Source: a virus. From it: a DNA stretch of 64,000 nucleotides. Below are positions 36,330 through 44,529 of the stretch, piece by piece. Below the pieces are notes generated by a model. That model saw only the letters and a list, made by a program, of their open reading frames with translations, was not told the DNA's origin and searched no databases. A program made the position numbers and the translations under genes. The stretch covers positions 19,189 to 83,188 of the IMG/VR virus record IMGVR_UViG_3300025009_000896; one strand, written 5' to 3'. Numbering within the stretch: the stretch's first letter is position 1; every line of letters begins with the position of its first letter.

Positions 36330-36421
36330 GGATGGGTGAACCCCAGTTGGCCTAAGGGGGACGGTCTTGAAAACCGTAGGTCGCTCAAAACGGCGTGGGG
36401 GTTCGAGTCCCTCCCCATCCG
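36330..36421 (+). tRNA. tRNA-Ser(UGA)
   Basis: GGATGGG/CCCATCC with G73; ACGGT-CTTGAAA-ACCGT; long variable arm. Confidence 0.9.
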
Positions 36422-36427
36422 CAATAT

Positions 36428-36496
36428 GGGAGTAATTCTTTGGAGAAGACGGGTCTGTAACACCCCAAATAGAAAGTTCGATGCTTCCTACTCCCA
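36428..36496 (+). tRNA. tRNA-Tyr(GUA), compact or degenerate
   Basis: GGGAGTA/TACTCCC; CGGGT-CTGTAAC-ACCCC; short D and variable regions. Confidence 0.65.
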
Positions 36497-36501
36497 CTAA
36501 T

Positions 36502-36586
36502 GGAGGGCTGCTGTAATGGTATCAGAGCGGTTCGCTAAACCGTCCGTCAGCAATGGCGTGGCAGGGTTCGACTCCCCCGTCCTCCG
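36502..36586 (+). tRNA. tRNA-Ser(GCU)
   Basis: GGAGGGC/GTCCTCC with G73; GCGGT-TCGCTAA-ACCGT; long variable arm. Confidence 0.85.
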
Positions 36587-36635
36587 CACTGATTTCTCAC
36601 ATTCACTATCTTTGTGGATATAAAAATATCCGCAA

Positions 36636-38993
36636 GTGATTAGACTCGAAAAGTATATCGGCGGGATAAGCCCAAGTAGAGACATAGCCCCCGAGAAAAA
36701 GACAGAAGTATATTGTAGAAAAAATGCCGAGTTTCTGTATGGTCTTTGGTGCGGATCGGCCACAGCTTGGGGCTATGACTCCCTCTCGTTTTTTAATGAG
36801 ATGCGGCAGTATAGCAATGGGGCTCAGGATACAAATCAATATAAAAGTTTTTTAACCAACTCGGGGGCAAATAACTCTGAGACTTTTAGTCTGTATGATA
36901 ATGATGCAGGCATAACGCAACGAGCAAAACGCGACGGATATTATAACCTGCTATGGCAGAATCTTTCTCCTGCGCCGAAGATTCTCAATGCATTACACGG
37001 GGCTTTGGGTTCTTATGATTACGATCTTTACTGCGATACCATAGATGCCAATTCGAGGGGATTGGTAGAGTTTGAAAAGTTTAAGAAGTTTCACGAGGCT
37101 CGTGATATAAAGTGGCAAACGGAATATAAAACTAAGGCAGGTATCCCCGTCGACGAAGACGCTAACTTTCCTAAGACACTTGAGGAATTAGAAGCCTTCT
37201 CCGCAAGGGAAGGGTTTAAACTGAATATAGCCCGTGCTATGCAGAAGGTGCTAAGGCATGGGTTTAATGTCAGCGATTGGGACGGGTCTATCAGGAAGAA
37301 GCTGTTAGACGACCTTATTACTTTAGGCTACTGCGCCGCAGAAGACTTGTATGACGACGAAGATAGGCTGTTTAAAACACAATGGCTTGACCCCGCAAGG
37401 ACTGTGATGCAATTTTCCCACGAGAAAGATTATTCGGATGCAGAATATGGTGGGCACTTCTCAGAGTGGACAATCTCTAATGTAAGGCGTAAAAGACCTG
37501 ATCTTACTGAAGATGAGTTGTATGCTTTGGCTAAAAACAATAAGGGCAATTTTAACAACCCAACAATACAGTGGGGGGAGAGAACGAGTATGCTTGACAT
37601 AACAAGTAACTCTTACCTTTATGATGACTTCAAGGTAGCAGTGTTTAAGGCTTATTGGATAGATACCGACACTTACAAGAGCCTCTACTATAACAACAAC
37701 TCCGGTCGGGAGATGGTCAAAGAGGTGGGGTATGATGAGAAGATAACCCCCTTAACCAAAAACCAAATAGCTAAAGGCAAAAAGCAAGAGGTAAAACAGA
37801 CTAAAATCAGGGTTGTTTATCAGTGTTCATGGGTAGTGGGGTCTGAGATATGTTGGGATCATGGTAAGCTATTGATGGGTGCAAGGCCGCAGCCGTCTAA
37901 GCCTAAGATACCTATCCACGTTGAGCAGTTGCTACAACCTTCTATTGTCTACAGGCTTAAGCCTATCTTAGACTCAATAGCCTTGACGTGGCTACAGCAT
38001 CAGAACTCTATGGCTAAGATGATAGAGAAGGGCTATGCCGTGAATATGAGCATGTTGATGAATGTAACGATGAATGGGAAGGATGCATTAGACCCTGCTG
38101 GTGTTTTAAATATGTGGAAGCAGACGGGGATTCTACCTTATATGTATGGTGGGGCTAATGGGCAATACCCGGGTGGGGCCGCTATTCCCGTCACTCCTAT
38201 TGACGGAGGATTAGGGAATAGAATACAGGAGACCGCTATGGCCTTAGAGACTAACTTCAAGCTAATTGAGGAGATAGTGGGGATAAACCCTGTTGCAATG
38301 GGGTCTACTCCTACTAAAGACTCACAGGTAGGTACTACCGAGATGGCGATGCAGGCCACATCCAACGTGCTTAAACCTATAGTAGAGGGTATGTTCGAGA
38401 TCAAGCAGAGTCTTGGTTCAAGTTTAATGTTAAGAACACAGATAGGTCTTAGGGTAGATAAAGACATAAGAGATGCCTATGCAGGTATTATCTCTCCTTC
38501 TGATATTAAGTCGTTGGTTTTGGCAGAACACAATAGTGTTCAGTATGGCATTAGCCTTAAGGCCAAGCCTGATGATAAACGTAAAGCTACGCTGCTTAAC
38601 TTCATTACTCTTGAAGTAGAGAAGGGCACATTGGGTTCACCGGAAGGAATGTACTTTGCCGAAAGATTAGAATCGGGTGCAGACATGATAGAACTCCGTC
38701 AGGAGATAGCCTATGCAATAGAAAAAGGACAGCAGCGTAAGATGCAAGAGTCGTTGGCTACTATCCAAGAGCAGAATAAGGGTATGCTTGAAAACGAACA
38801 GCTTAAGGGGCAGAACGAACAGGCTAAGATCAATGCCGAGGGACAGGTGAAGATGGCTGAAGAAGCCCTAAGAGGGGATATAAAGCATAAGTTACAGAGA
38901 CAACAGAATAATGCAGAATTAATGAGCAGACTCTTTGATGATGTGGCTGCTGAAAAAGAAATAAAGAATGACAACACCAGAAGACAGGCTTAA
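36636..38993 (+). CDS. portal protein (crAss-like)
   Basis: 785 aa between TerL and capsid; R.Y..G.Q...YK; IEEIVGIN...GSTP; Q-rich coiled-coil C-terminus; promoter TATCTTTG at 36607. Confidence 0.8.
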   Translation: MIRLEKYIGGISPSRDIAPEKKTEVYCRKNAEFLYGLWCGSATAWGYDSLSFFNEMRQYSNGAQDTNQYKSFLTNSGANNSETFSLYDNDAGITQRAKRDGYYNLLWQNLSPAPKILNALHGALGSYDYDLYCDTIDANSRGLVEFEKFKKFHEARDIKWQTEYKTKAGIPVDEDANFPKTLEELEAFSAREGFKLNIARAMQKVLRHGFNVSDWDGSIRKKLLDDLITLGYCAAEDLYDDEDRLFKTQWLDPARTVMQFSHEKDYSDAEYGGHFSEWTISNVRRKRPDLTEDELYALAKNNKGNFNNPTIQWGERTSMLDITSNSYLYDDFKVAVFKAYWIDTDTYKSLYYNNNSGREMVKEVGYDEKITPLTKNQIAKGKKQEVKQTKIRVVYQCSWVVGSEICWDHGKLLMGARPQPSKPKIPIHVEQLLQPSIVYRLKPILDSIALTWLQHQNSMAKMIEKGYAVNMSMLMNVTMNGKDALDPAGVLNMWKQTGILPYMYGGANGQYPGGAAIPVTPIDGGLGNRIQETAMALETNFKLIEEIVGINPVAMGSTPTKDSQVGTTEMAMQATSNVLKPIVEGMFEIKQSLGSSLMLRTQIGLRVDKDIRDAYAGIISPSDIKSLVLAEHNSVQYGISLKAKPDDKRKATLLNFITLEVEKGTLGSPEGMYFAERLESGADMIELRQEIAYAIEKGQQRKMQESLATIQEQNKGMLENEQLKGQNEQAKINAEGQVKMAEEALRGDIKHKLQRQQNNAELMSRLFDDVAAEKEIKNDNTRRQA

Positions 38994-39189
38994 GTGGGCG
39001 TTTAATATACTCGCTAAGGGTGGTTTAGATTCCGTGGATTTGTATGCAGAGTTAGGCAAGACCGAGGCTTTGGTGGGCGGTATGGGTCTTATGTCTCCAC
39101 CTCCGATGGCTCCGTCAGTCAATTCCGGTATTTCCGAACAACCACCTGTTACGAAGAATCCACAGAACTTAAACAATTTAATGCAGTAA
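38968..39189 (+). CDS. small hypothetical protein
   Basis: ORF overlapping the portal stop. Confidence 0.45.
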   Translation: MTTPEDRLKWAFNILAKGGLDSVDLYAELGKTEALVGGMGLMSPPPMAPSVNSGISEQPPVTKNPQNLNNLMQ

Positions 39190-39192
39190 GCC

Positions 39193-40203
39193 ATGCCGGG
39201 AATACGAATAGGGATTGGGGTTGATAGGAGTAGGCCCATTGGGGTTTCGTGGAATGCGTACTGGACTACACGAACCCCGACAGCGTTAATCTTAACGGCA
39301 TTGTCTCCGACCTCAATCAGGGCAGCATGGACAAATGCGGGAACGGGCTTTGATGGTCATAGTATTGAGTTAAGCACAGACGGGGTAGCATTTACCGAGG
39401 AAGATACCGTGCTTATAGGAACCAATACTCTTGACATTACAGGGCTTGACTCAGGAACTCTTTACTATGTTAGGGTGCGGGCTTACAAGGAGACCGAATA
39501 CAGTCCTTATTGTGATATTGTATCTGAAGAGACAATATCTCTGCCTAGTCAGATAGCTAACTTATATGCGTGGTATGATCCGTCACAACTAACGGGGTAT
39601 AATGATGATGGGGCCGTAGCTCCGCTTTCCGACTTTGGTGGTAGTAATAGACATCTTGCGCAGACAACGGCTGGTTTAAAGGGTATTTACAAGACCAATG
39701 TGTTAAATGGAAAGCCATCAGTGCGCACTGATGGCTCAGATGATTATTGGCAGTTGTATGGAACTTTCCCATCTCAACCTTTTACAGCCTTTTTGGCAGT
39801 GAAAAGGTTGGCGGGGGTTGACTATAAATCAGCATTGGGGACAGGTGGTAGTACAGGGATTATAGCCTTTGCCAATGACACTGAGATAAGAATAGGCAAT
39901 GGAACTGCATTGGCTAAGACAGGACTTGCCTCGCTATTAAACCGTGCAATTATTGTTAGTGCCGTAAATAACGGGGCTAATAGTGTGTTGGCTATCAATG
40001 GGGGCGAGCCTTCATCTGGAAATTCAGGTACTAGTAATGGAGATAGAATTTGCGTAGGTGACCTAGCTTCATCCGGGTCAACCAAGATTAATGCTGATTA
40101 TTTTGATGCTATAATATATACGGGGGCGTTTGACGCAACAGCAAGACGTAGGGTTGAAAAATACTTATCATGGAAATATGCTATTGAGTTAGAGCCTATA
40201 TGA
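39193..40203 (+). CDS. FN3 plus LamG/concanavalin-like virion decoration or fibre protein
   Basis: TGLDSGTLYYVRVRAY (FN3); LYAWYDPS...LNGKPSVRTDGSDD...VEKYLSWKY (LamG-like). Confidence 0.8.
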   Translation: MPGIRIGIGVDRSRPIGVSWNAYWTTRTPTALILTALSPTSIRAAWTNAGTGFDGHSIELSTDGVAFTEEDTVLIGTNTLDITGLDSGTLYYVRVRAYKETEYSPYCDIVSEETISLPSQIANLYAWYDPSQLTGYNDDGAVAPLSDFGGSNRHLAQTTAGLKGIYKTNVLNGKPSVRTDGSDDYWQLYGTFPSQPFTAFLAVKRLAGVDYKSALGTGGSTGIIAFANDTEIRIGNGTALAKTGLASLLNRAIIVSAVNNGANSVLAINGGEPSSGNSGTSNGDRICVGDLASSGSTKINADYFDAIIYTGAFDATARRRVEKYLSWKYAIELEPI

Positions 40204-40260
40204 CCGGCAAGTGTATTCCTCCACAACGAGGCGAGTACTATCTACGTTAGCCCCGACGGA

Positions 40261-41433
40261 ATGGGAGATGGTAGTACAGTAGAAAATAGCACCGAATTAC
40301 AGAATGCAATAGGTTCTTATAATCTATTGCCGGGTGACAGTATATTGATGAGTGGAGGAACATACAGCGGTAACTACTTGATGCCCAAAAATGGAACATC
40401 TGAATTACCTATAACAATAAATGCCATTGATGGGGAAAGTCCAATCATAGACGGACGATTACTTTTGAATGGTAATTATGTAATTTGGAGCAAATGCGAA
40501 TTTAAATATTCAGGTTGGCTAAAGCGTGAAACATTAATAGCCGGGCCATCCCCTTCGGACATTCCCTTAATGAGAGTTACTATCAATGGTCATGATTCTT
40601 ATTTGGATGACTGTATTATTCATGATATGTACGAAGGGCCTGAAGTTTGGACAAATGCGATTAACTCCAAATTAAGAAGGTGTGTAATTTTTAATAATGG
40701 ATGGCAGGGGCCTGATCGTGGTCATGGGCATTCTATTTATACTCAAAATGAAACGGGAACAAAGGTCATTGAGGATTGTATTTGGTTTCAATCATTTAGT
40801 ACTGGGCTCAAAATATATACAGCCGGTGGTCATGCACAGGGCTATATAGCGAGGAGGAATATTGGATTTAACTCTGGCATTCTTGCAACAATAGATGACG
40901 CTCAGTTTAATGAATGGGTACAAGACCCTAACCCCGGAACGGGTTACACTTTTGAGGATGAGCATACATATCATAGCGACCCCACATTTGACCCTGTAAC
41001 AATAGGATTATACAATGGAGTTAACGGGGTTATACTGAGAAATTGTTATTATCCTGATGGAATCGCAATACACGAGGACTGTGATATACTGGAAAACAGC
41101 GGGGGAACTTATACTAAACCCGAAAGTGGAGTATATGTGTATGTAAATGCCGTGACGGCAACAAAGGCTCACGTGGCTGCTTATAATTGGGACTTAGCGG
41201 ATAGTGTAGTGGTGGATTTAAGTGCGGCAATAGGACTGAGTGTTGGCGATACGGTAAAGGTAAAAAATGTGCAGGATTTGTTTGTTGATATTGTCGAGTT
41301 GGTATTGGATGCAGACAAGAAAATAACAGTTGATATGAGGGCAATATCTCATACGGTGGCAGCACCTGTTTTGTGGGATGCTCCGGTAGCGACATTCCCT
41401 CAGTTCGGGTGCTTTATAATTGAATTAGTGTAG
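40261..41433 (+). CDS. right-handed beta-helix (pectin-lyase-like) protein, in frame with the upstream gene across a TGA
   Basis: PGDSILMSGGTY...GTSELPITI...GHGHSIYTQN repeats. Confidence 0.75.
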   Translation: MGDGSTVENSTELQNAIGSYNLLPGDSILMSGGTYSGNYLMPKNGTSELPITINAIDGESPIIDGRLLLNGNYVIWSKCEFKYSGWLKRETLIAGPSPSDIPLMRVTINGHDSYLDDCIIHDMYEGPEVWTNAINSKLRRCVIFNNGWQGPDRGHGHSIYTQNETGTKVIEDCIWFQSFSTGLKIYTAGGHAQGYIARRNIGFNSGILATIDDAQFNEWVQDPNPGTGYTFEDEHTYHSDPTFDPVTIGLYNGVNGVILRNCYYPDGIAIHEDCDILENSGGTYTKPESGVYVYVNAVTATKAHVAAYNWDLADSVVVDLSAAIGLSVGDTVKVKNVQDLFVDIVELVLDADKKITVDMRAISHTVAAPVLWDAPVATFPQFGCFIIELV

Positions 41434-41460
41434 TCGCTGTCAGTAGTTGATAAAAAAAAT

Positions 41461-41844
41461 ATGAAATATCTCACAATCTTACTGCTGTTTCTAACGCTGA
41501 CAACTTCGGCGCAAATCCCTTATGATAAGAAACTTCACGCCGGAGCAGGGGTATTAATGGGTACGTGGGGAACCTTTGCCGGTAACTCTATGCTTTATAA
41601 ACCCGAAAGGGCTGCTTTATTTGGGACGACTTCGGTAGCCGTGGCCGGATTAGGTAAGGAGATTTGGGATGAGGTTGAATACAGAGGGTTTGACGTTAAG
41701 GACTTAGGGGCCACGATGATCGGTGGATTAATCGGAACGGGGCTAAGTTATGCGGGGCTGAAGATATTTTACCATTATAAGCCAAAAGTCTTTATCGCGA
41801 CCGTAAACAACAATGTAACGGTAGGATTTAGGGTCAAGTTTTAG
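41461..41844 (+). CDS. YfiM/DUF2279-like membrane or exported protein
   Basis: Signal peptide; DKKLHAGAG...GKEIWD...FDVKDLGATMIGG. Confidence 0.7.
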   Translation: MKYLTILLLFLTLTTSAQIPYDKKLHAGAGVLMGTWGTFAGNSMLYKPERAALFGTTSVAVAGLGKEIWDEVEYRGFDVKDLGATMIGGLIGTGLSYAGLKIFYHYKPKVFIATVNNNVTVGFRVKF

Positions 41845-41905
41845 AGCTAAAATACCTATGTTATAGGAATGACTAAATTTGCATATTAAACCAACGAAAC
41901 AGAAC

Positions 41906-43000
41906 ATGGAATTAGATGAAATTTTTGCTAAGTCTCCCGAGGAGTTAGCGGCTAAGAACGGTGAAACCATAGAACCTAAAACCGAAGAAACCCCGGAAGC
42001 AGCAGAACAGCCTGAAAAGGTTATTGAAAAGTCCTCAACGGAGGCACAGGCCACATGGCTTGATGAAGTAAATAAGAGTTTGGGAACGCAGTTCAAGGTT
42101 AAGGAAGAAATCTTAACTCATATAGAGAAGGCCAAGAAGACCGACGAGTATGAGGAGAAGATAAAGACCTTCGGAGACTTTGAGAAGCGGGAACAAGATT
42201 ATAAGCAGCGTTTGGAAGACGCTAAGAGTTCTTTGAATCCAATGAAATATTTTTCATCCCCCGATGCTTACAAGGCTGAACAGTTGCGGATGCAGTTTCC
42301 TGACAAGAACCCGATGTTGCTACAAGAGGTGGCTACTTCGGATTTAACTAAGATGGATAACGTGGAGATAATTATCAAGGGAGTCATGCTCGACAATAAA
42401 GACGTTAGTTATGAGGACGCTCGTAATTATGTGTTAACAGAGTATGGCATTGCAGAGGTAGACCCAAGCGAGTGGTCGGCAGCAGCAAAGACTAAGATAA
42501 AGATCAAAGCAGGCGAGCAACGTAAGGCACTTACAGACCTCAAGGCGCAGATAAAGCTCCCCGAGGTAGAGACTGATGAACAAAAAGCAGCGACGGTAGC
42601 AGAACTCAGGAAGCAGAAAGAGACTGCCATTGAGCCCTATGCCGACACGTTTGCCAAGTTCGAGAAGTTCGTAAGCAAGATAGATGATGAGCGCACGTTT
42701 GAGTTTACAGCCCCTGATGAATATAAGGCTGCTCTCAAGGATATGTTTAAGGGTTATTTCCTTGACGGAGGCAACGAGGTCAATCCAGAGAACCTAAAGA
42801 CTATTCAAAAGCTAAGAGATGCCATGCTACTGTATGACAACTTCCCCAAGGTCTACAAAGCCATAGAAGGCGAAGTAGGTCTGAAGTTTAAAGCAGAAGA
42901 AGACAAGAGACTTGGTAATGAGAAGCCTGAAAACAAAACACTGGCCACAGATCAAGGCGCACAGAAACCGGGAGGGATGGAGACGTTTCTTAATCAATAA
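41906..43000 (+). CDS. putative scaffolding / capsid assembly protein
   Basis: E/K-rich coiled coil directly upstream of the capsid gene; positional inference. Confidence 0.6.
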   Translation: MELDEIFAKSPEELAAKNGETIEPKTEETPEAAEQPEKVIEKSSTEAQATWLDEVNKSLGTQFKVKEEILTHIEKAKKTDEYEEKIKTFGDFEKREQDYKQRLEDAKSSLNPMKYFSSPDAYKAEQLRMQFPDKNPMLLQEVATSDLTKMDNVEIIIKGVMLDNKDVSYEDARNYVLTEYGIAEVDPSEWSAAAKTKIKIKAGEQRKALTDLKAQIKLPEVETDEQKAATVAELRKQKETAIEPYADTFAKFEKFVSKIDDERTFEFTAPDEYKAALKDMFKGYFLDGGNEVNPENLKTIQKLRDAMLLYDNFPKVYKAIEGEVGLKFKAEEDKRLGNEKPENKTLATDQGAQKPGGMETFLNQ

Positions 43001-43030
43001 AAATGTCTAACATTCTAATATAAATATAAA

Positions 43031-44461
43031 ATGTCAACTCTTTCAACACAGGCAATTACCAGCAATACTCAGAAATTTGGGTACGATGCTACATGGAGTT
43101 CACTGTACGACTTCGCTCTTAAACCTCAGGTTTGGGGCACACTCATTAAAAAGTACGGCCCGTTAATGGAGATGTTCGAGTTCTTGCAGTTTGCAGGGGC
43201 CACTACTACCGTTAAAAGTCACACACAAGACGTTCAGATAGAAGGTTCTTATGAAAGGAGTATTACTCTTGGTGCTGAGGCTACTGCCGCAGCCGAGGGC
43301 GCAACTTTCACTTTCCAACTCAGTGCCGATGATTATGACACTACTACCTCACGTCCGTATCTTCTTGTAGATGACAAAATACTCATCCCCAAGACCTATG
43401 CAACACTTGATGGCGTAGCTGTTACCTATCCTATATGGTATCAGGTTCAGACAGTAGGTGTTTTTGGCGCAGACTGCACAGCGTTCCCTCTTGACAAAGA
43501 CTATGGGATGTCAGCAAACATTCCTATCAGCACTGTCCTGATGGTATCCGGTGGTAACTACTCTCCCGGTTCAGACGGCCCCGGCTCGAAGAACAGCGGA
43601 TGGTACGAAGACACCTTCTACACAGCCATTAAAAAGTCGGCTTTTGAAATCGAGGGTGGCGTACAGTCAACCGAGAGATACTATGACAACCTCATAGGTG
43701 GCGGACAGGGTATGTTTAGCAAGGCTTCTATCGAGGCTGACCTCAGGCTGAACTCAGACATCAACGACGAGATTCTGCTTGGTCATGTGCCCGATAACAC
43801 TAACCTCACAATGGCTAACAGCAATAGCGTTAGTTCACTTGTTTACGGTACCAAGGGTATCCTTCCTCATCTTGAAGATGACGGTATGAGCCTCATTTAT
43901 AACGGAACCTTCACTATTCCCGACTTCGATCAGATCAAGACAGCGTTCTTGTCACAGGGTGTTACTGATACCCGTGCCAACTTCTTCTGCGGACCAACAC
44001 TCCACAGATATGTTGAGAACTCCGGTCTTGAGTTCCTGAAAGAATACAGCGGTGGAACCGACCTGATGGAGAACTACTCAGAGATGGGTATCGAACTTCC
44101 GGCCATCCGTAAAAATGGTATTCTCACTGTCCTTCACGAACTGAAGAGCTTTGCTAATCCCGTTAAGTACGGTATTTCGTCTTATGACTTCGACACACTT
44201 GGCTTCATTCTTCCCGAGACTAACGTAAACGTTAAGATGGGCGGAGCAGGTGCTAAGATGCAGAACGTTGTTCTTGGCTATAAGAACTACAACGGAGAGA
44301 ACAGAACAAGAATCGTGAAACCCATCCCGGGTGTTAACGGCCATGCCTCTGCTCCTAACGTAGCGGTTAATAGCTATGATGAGTACAAGGTTCAGATGCT
44401 CTCAGAGTTCATGCTGATGTTCTTCAAAGCAAATCAGGCTATCTTAGTTAAGAAAGCCTAA
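43031..44461 (+). CDS. major capsid protein (crAss-like)
   Basis: 476 aa after the scaffold gene; GTKGILPHL motif; strong codon bias; followed by a terminator. Confidence 0.75.
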   Translation: MSTLSTQAITSNTQKFGYDATWSSLYDFALKPQVWGTLIKKYGPLMEMFEFLQFAGATTTVKSHTQDVQIEGSYERSITLGAEATAAAEGATFTFQLSADDYDTTTSRPYLLVDDKILIPKTYATLDGVAVTYPIWYQVQTVGVFGADCTAFPLDKDYGMSANIPISTVLMVSGGNYSPGSDGPGSKNSGWYEDTFYTAIKKSAFEIEGGVQSTERYYDNLIGGGQGMFSKASIEADLRLNSDINDEILLGHVPDNTNLTMANSNSVSSLVYGTKGILPHLEDDGMSLIYNGTFTIPDFDQIKTAFLSQGVTDTRANFFCGPTLHRYVENSGLEFLKEYSGGTDLMENYSEMGIELPAIRKNGILTVLHELKSFANPVKYGISSYDFDTLGFILPETNVNVKMGGAGAKMQNVVLGYKNYNGENRTRIVKPIPGVNGHASAPNVAVNSYDEYKVQMLSEFMLMFFKANQAILVKKA

Positions 44462-44469
44462 GCTAATAA

Positions 44470-44509
44470 TGGGAGGGGATTCTAACCCAATCCTCTCCCT
44501 TTTATTTTT
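44470..44509 (+). terminator. intrinsic terminator
   Basis: GGGAGGGGATT-CTAACCC-AATCCTCTCCC followed by T tract. Confidence 0.75.
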
Positions 44510-44529
44510 AAACCAACACAGACAGAAAT

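Noticed and set aside
34013-36839. ORF-track ORFs over the tRNA region (34013-34222, 34065-34295, 34323-34508, 34379-34600, 34583-34774, 34872-35069, 36297-36497, 36497-36763)
   Set aside because: They overlap clear tRNA cloverleaves or leaders, mostly antisense, and have no protein motifs.
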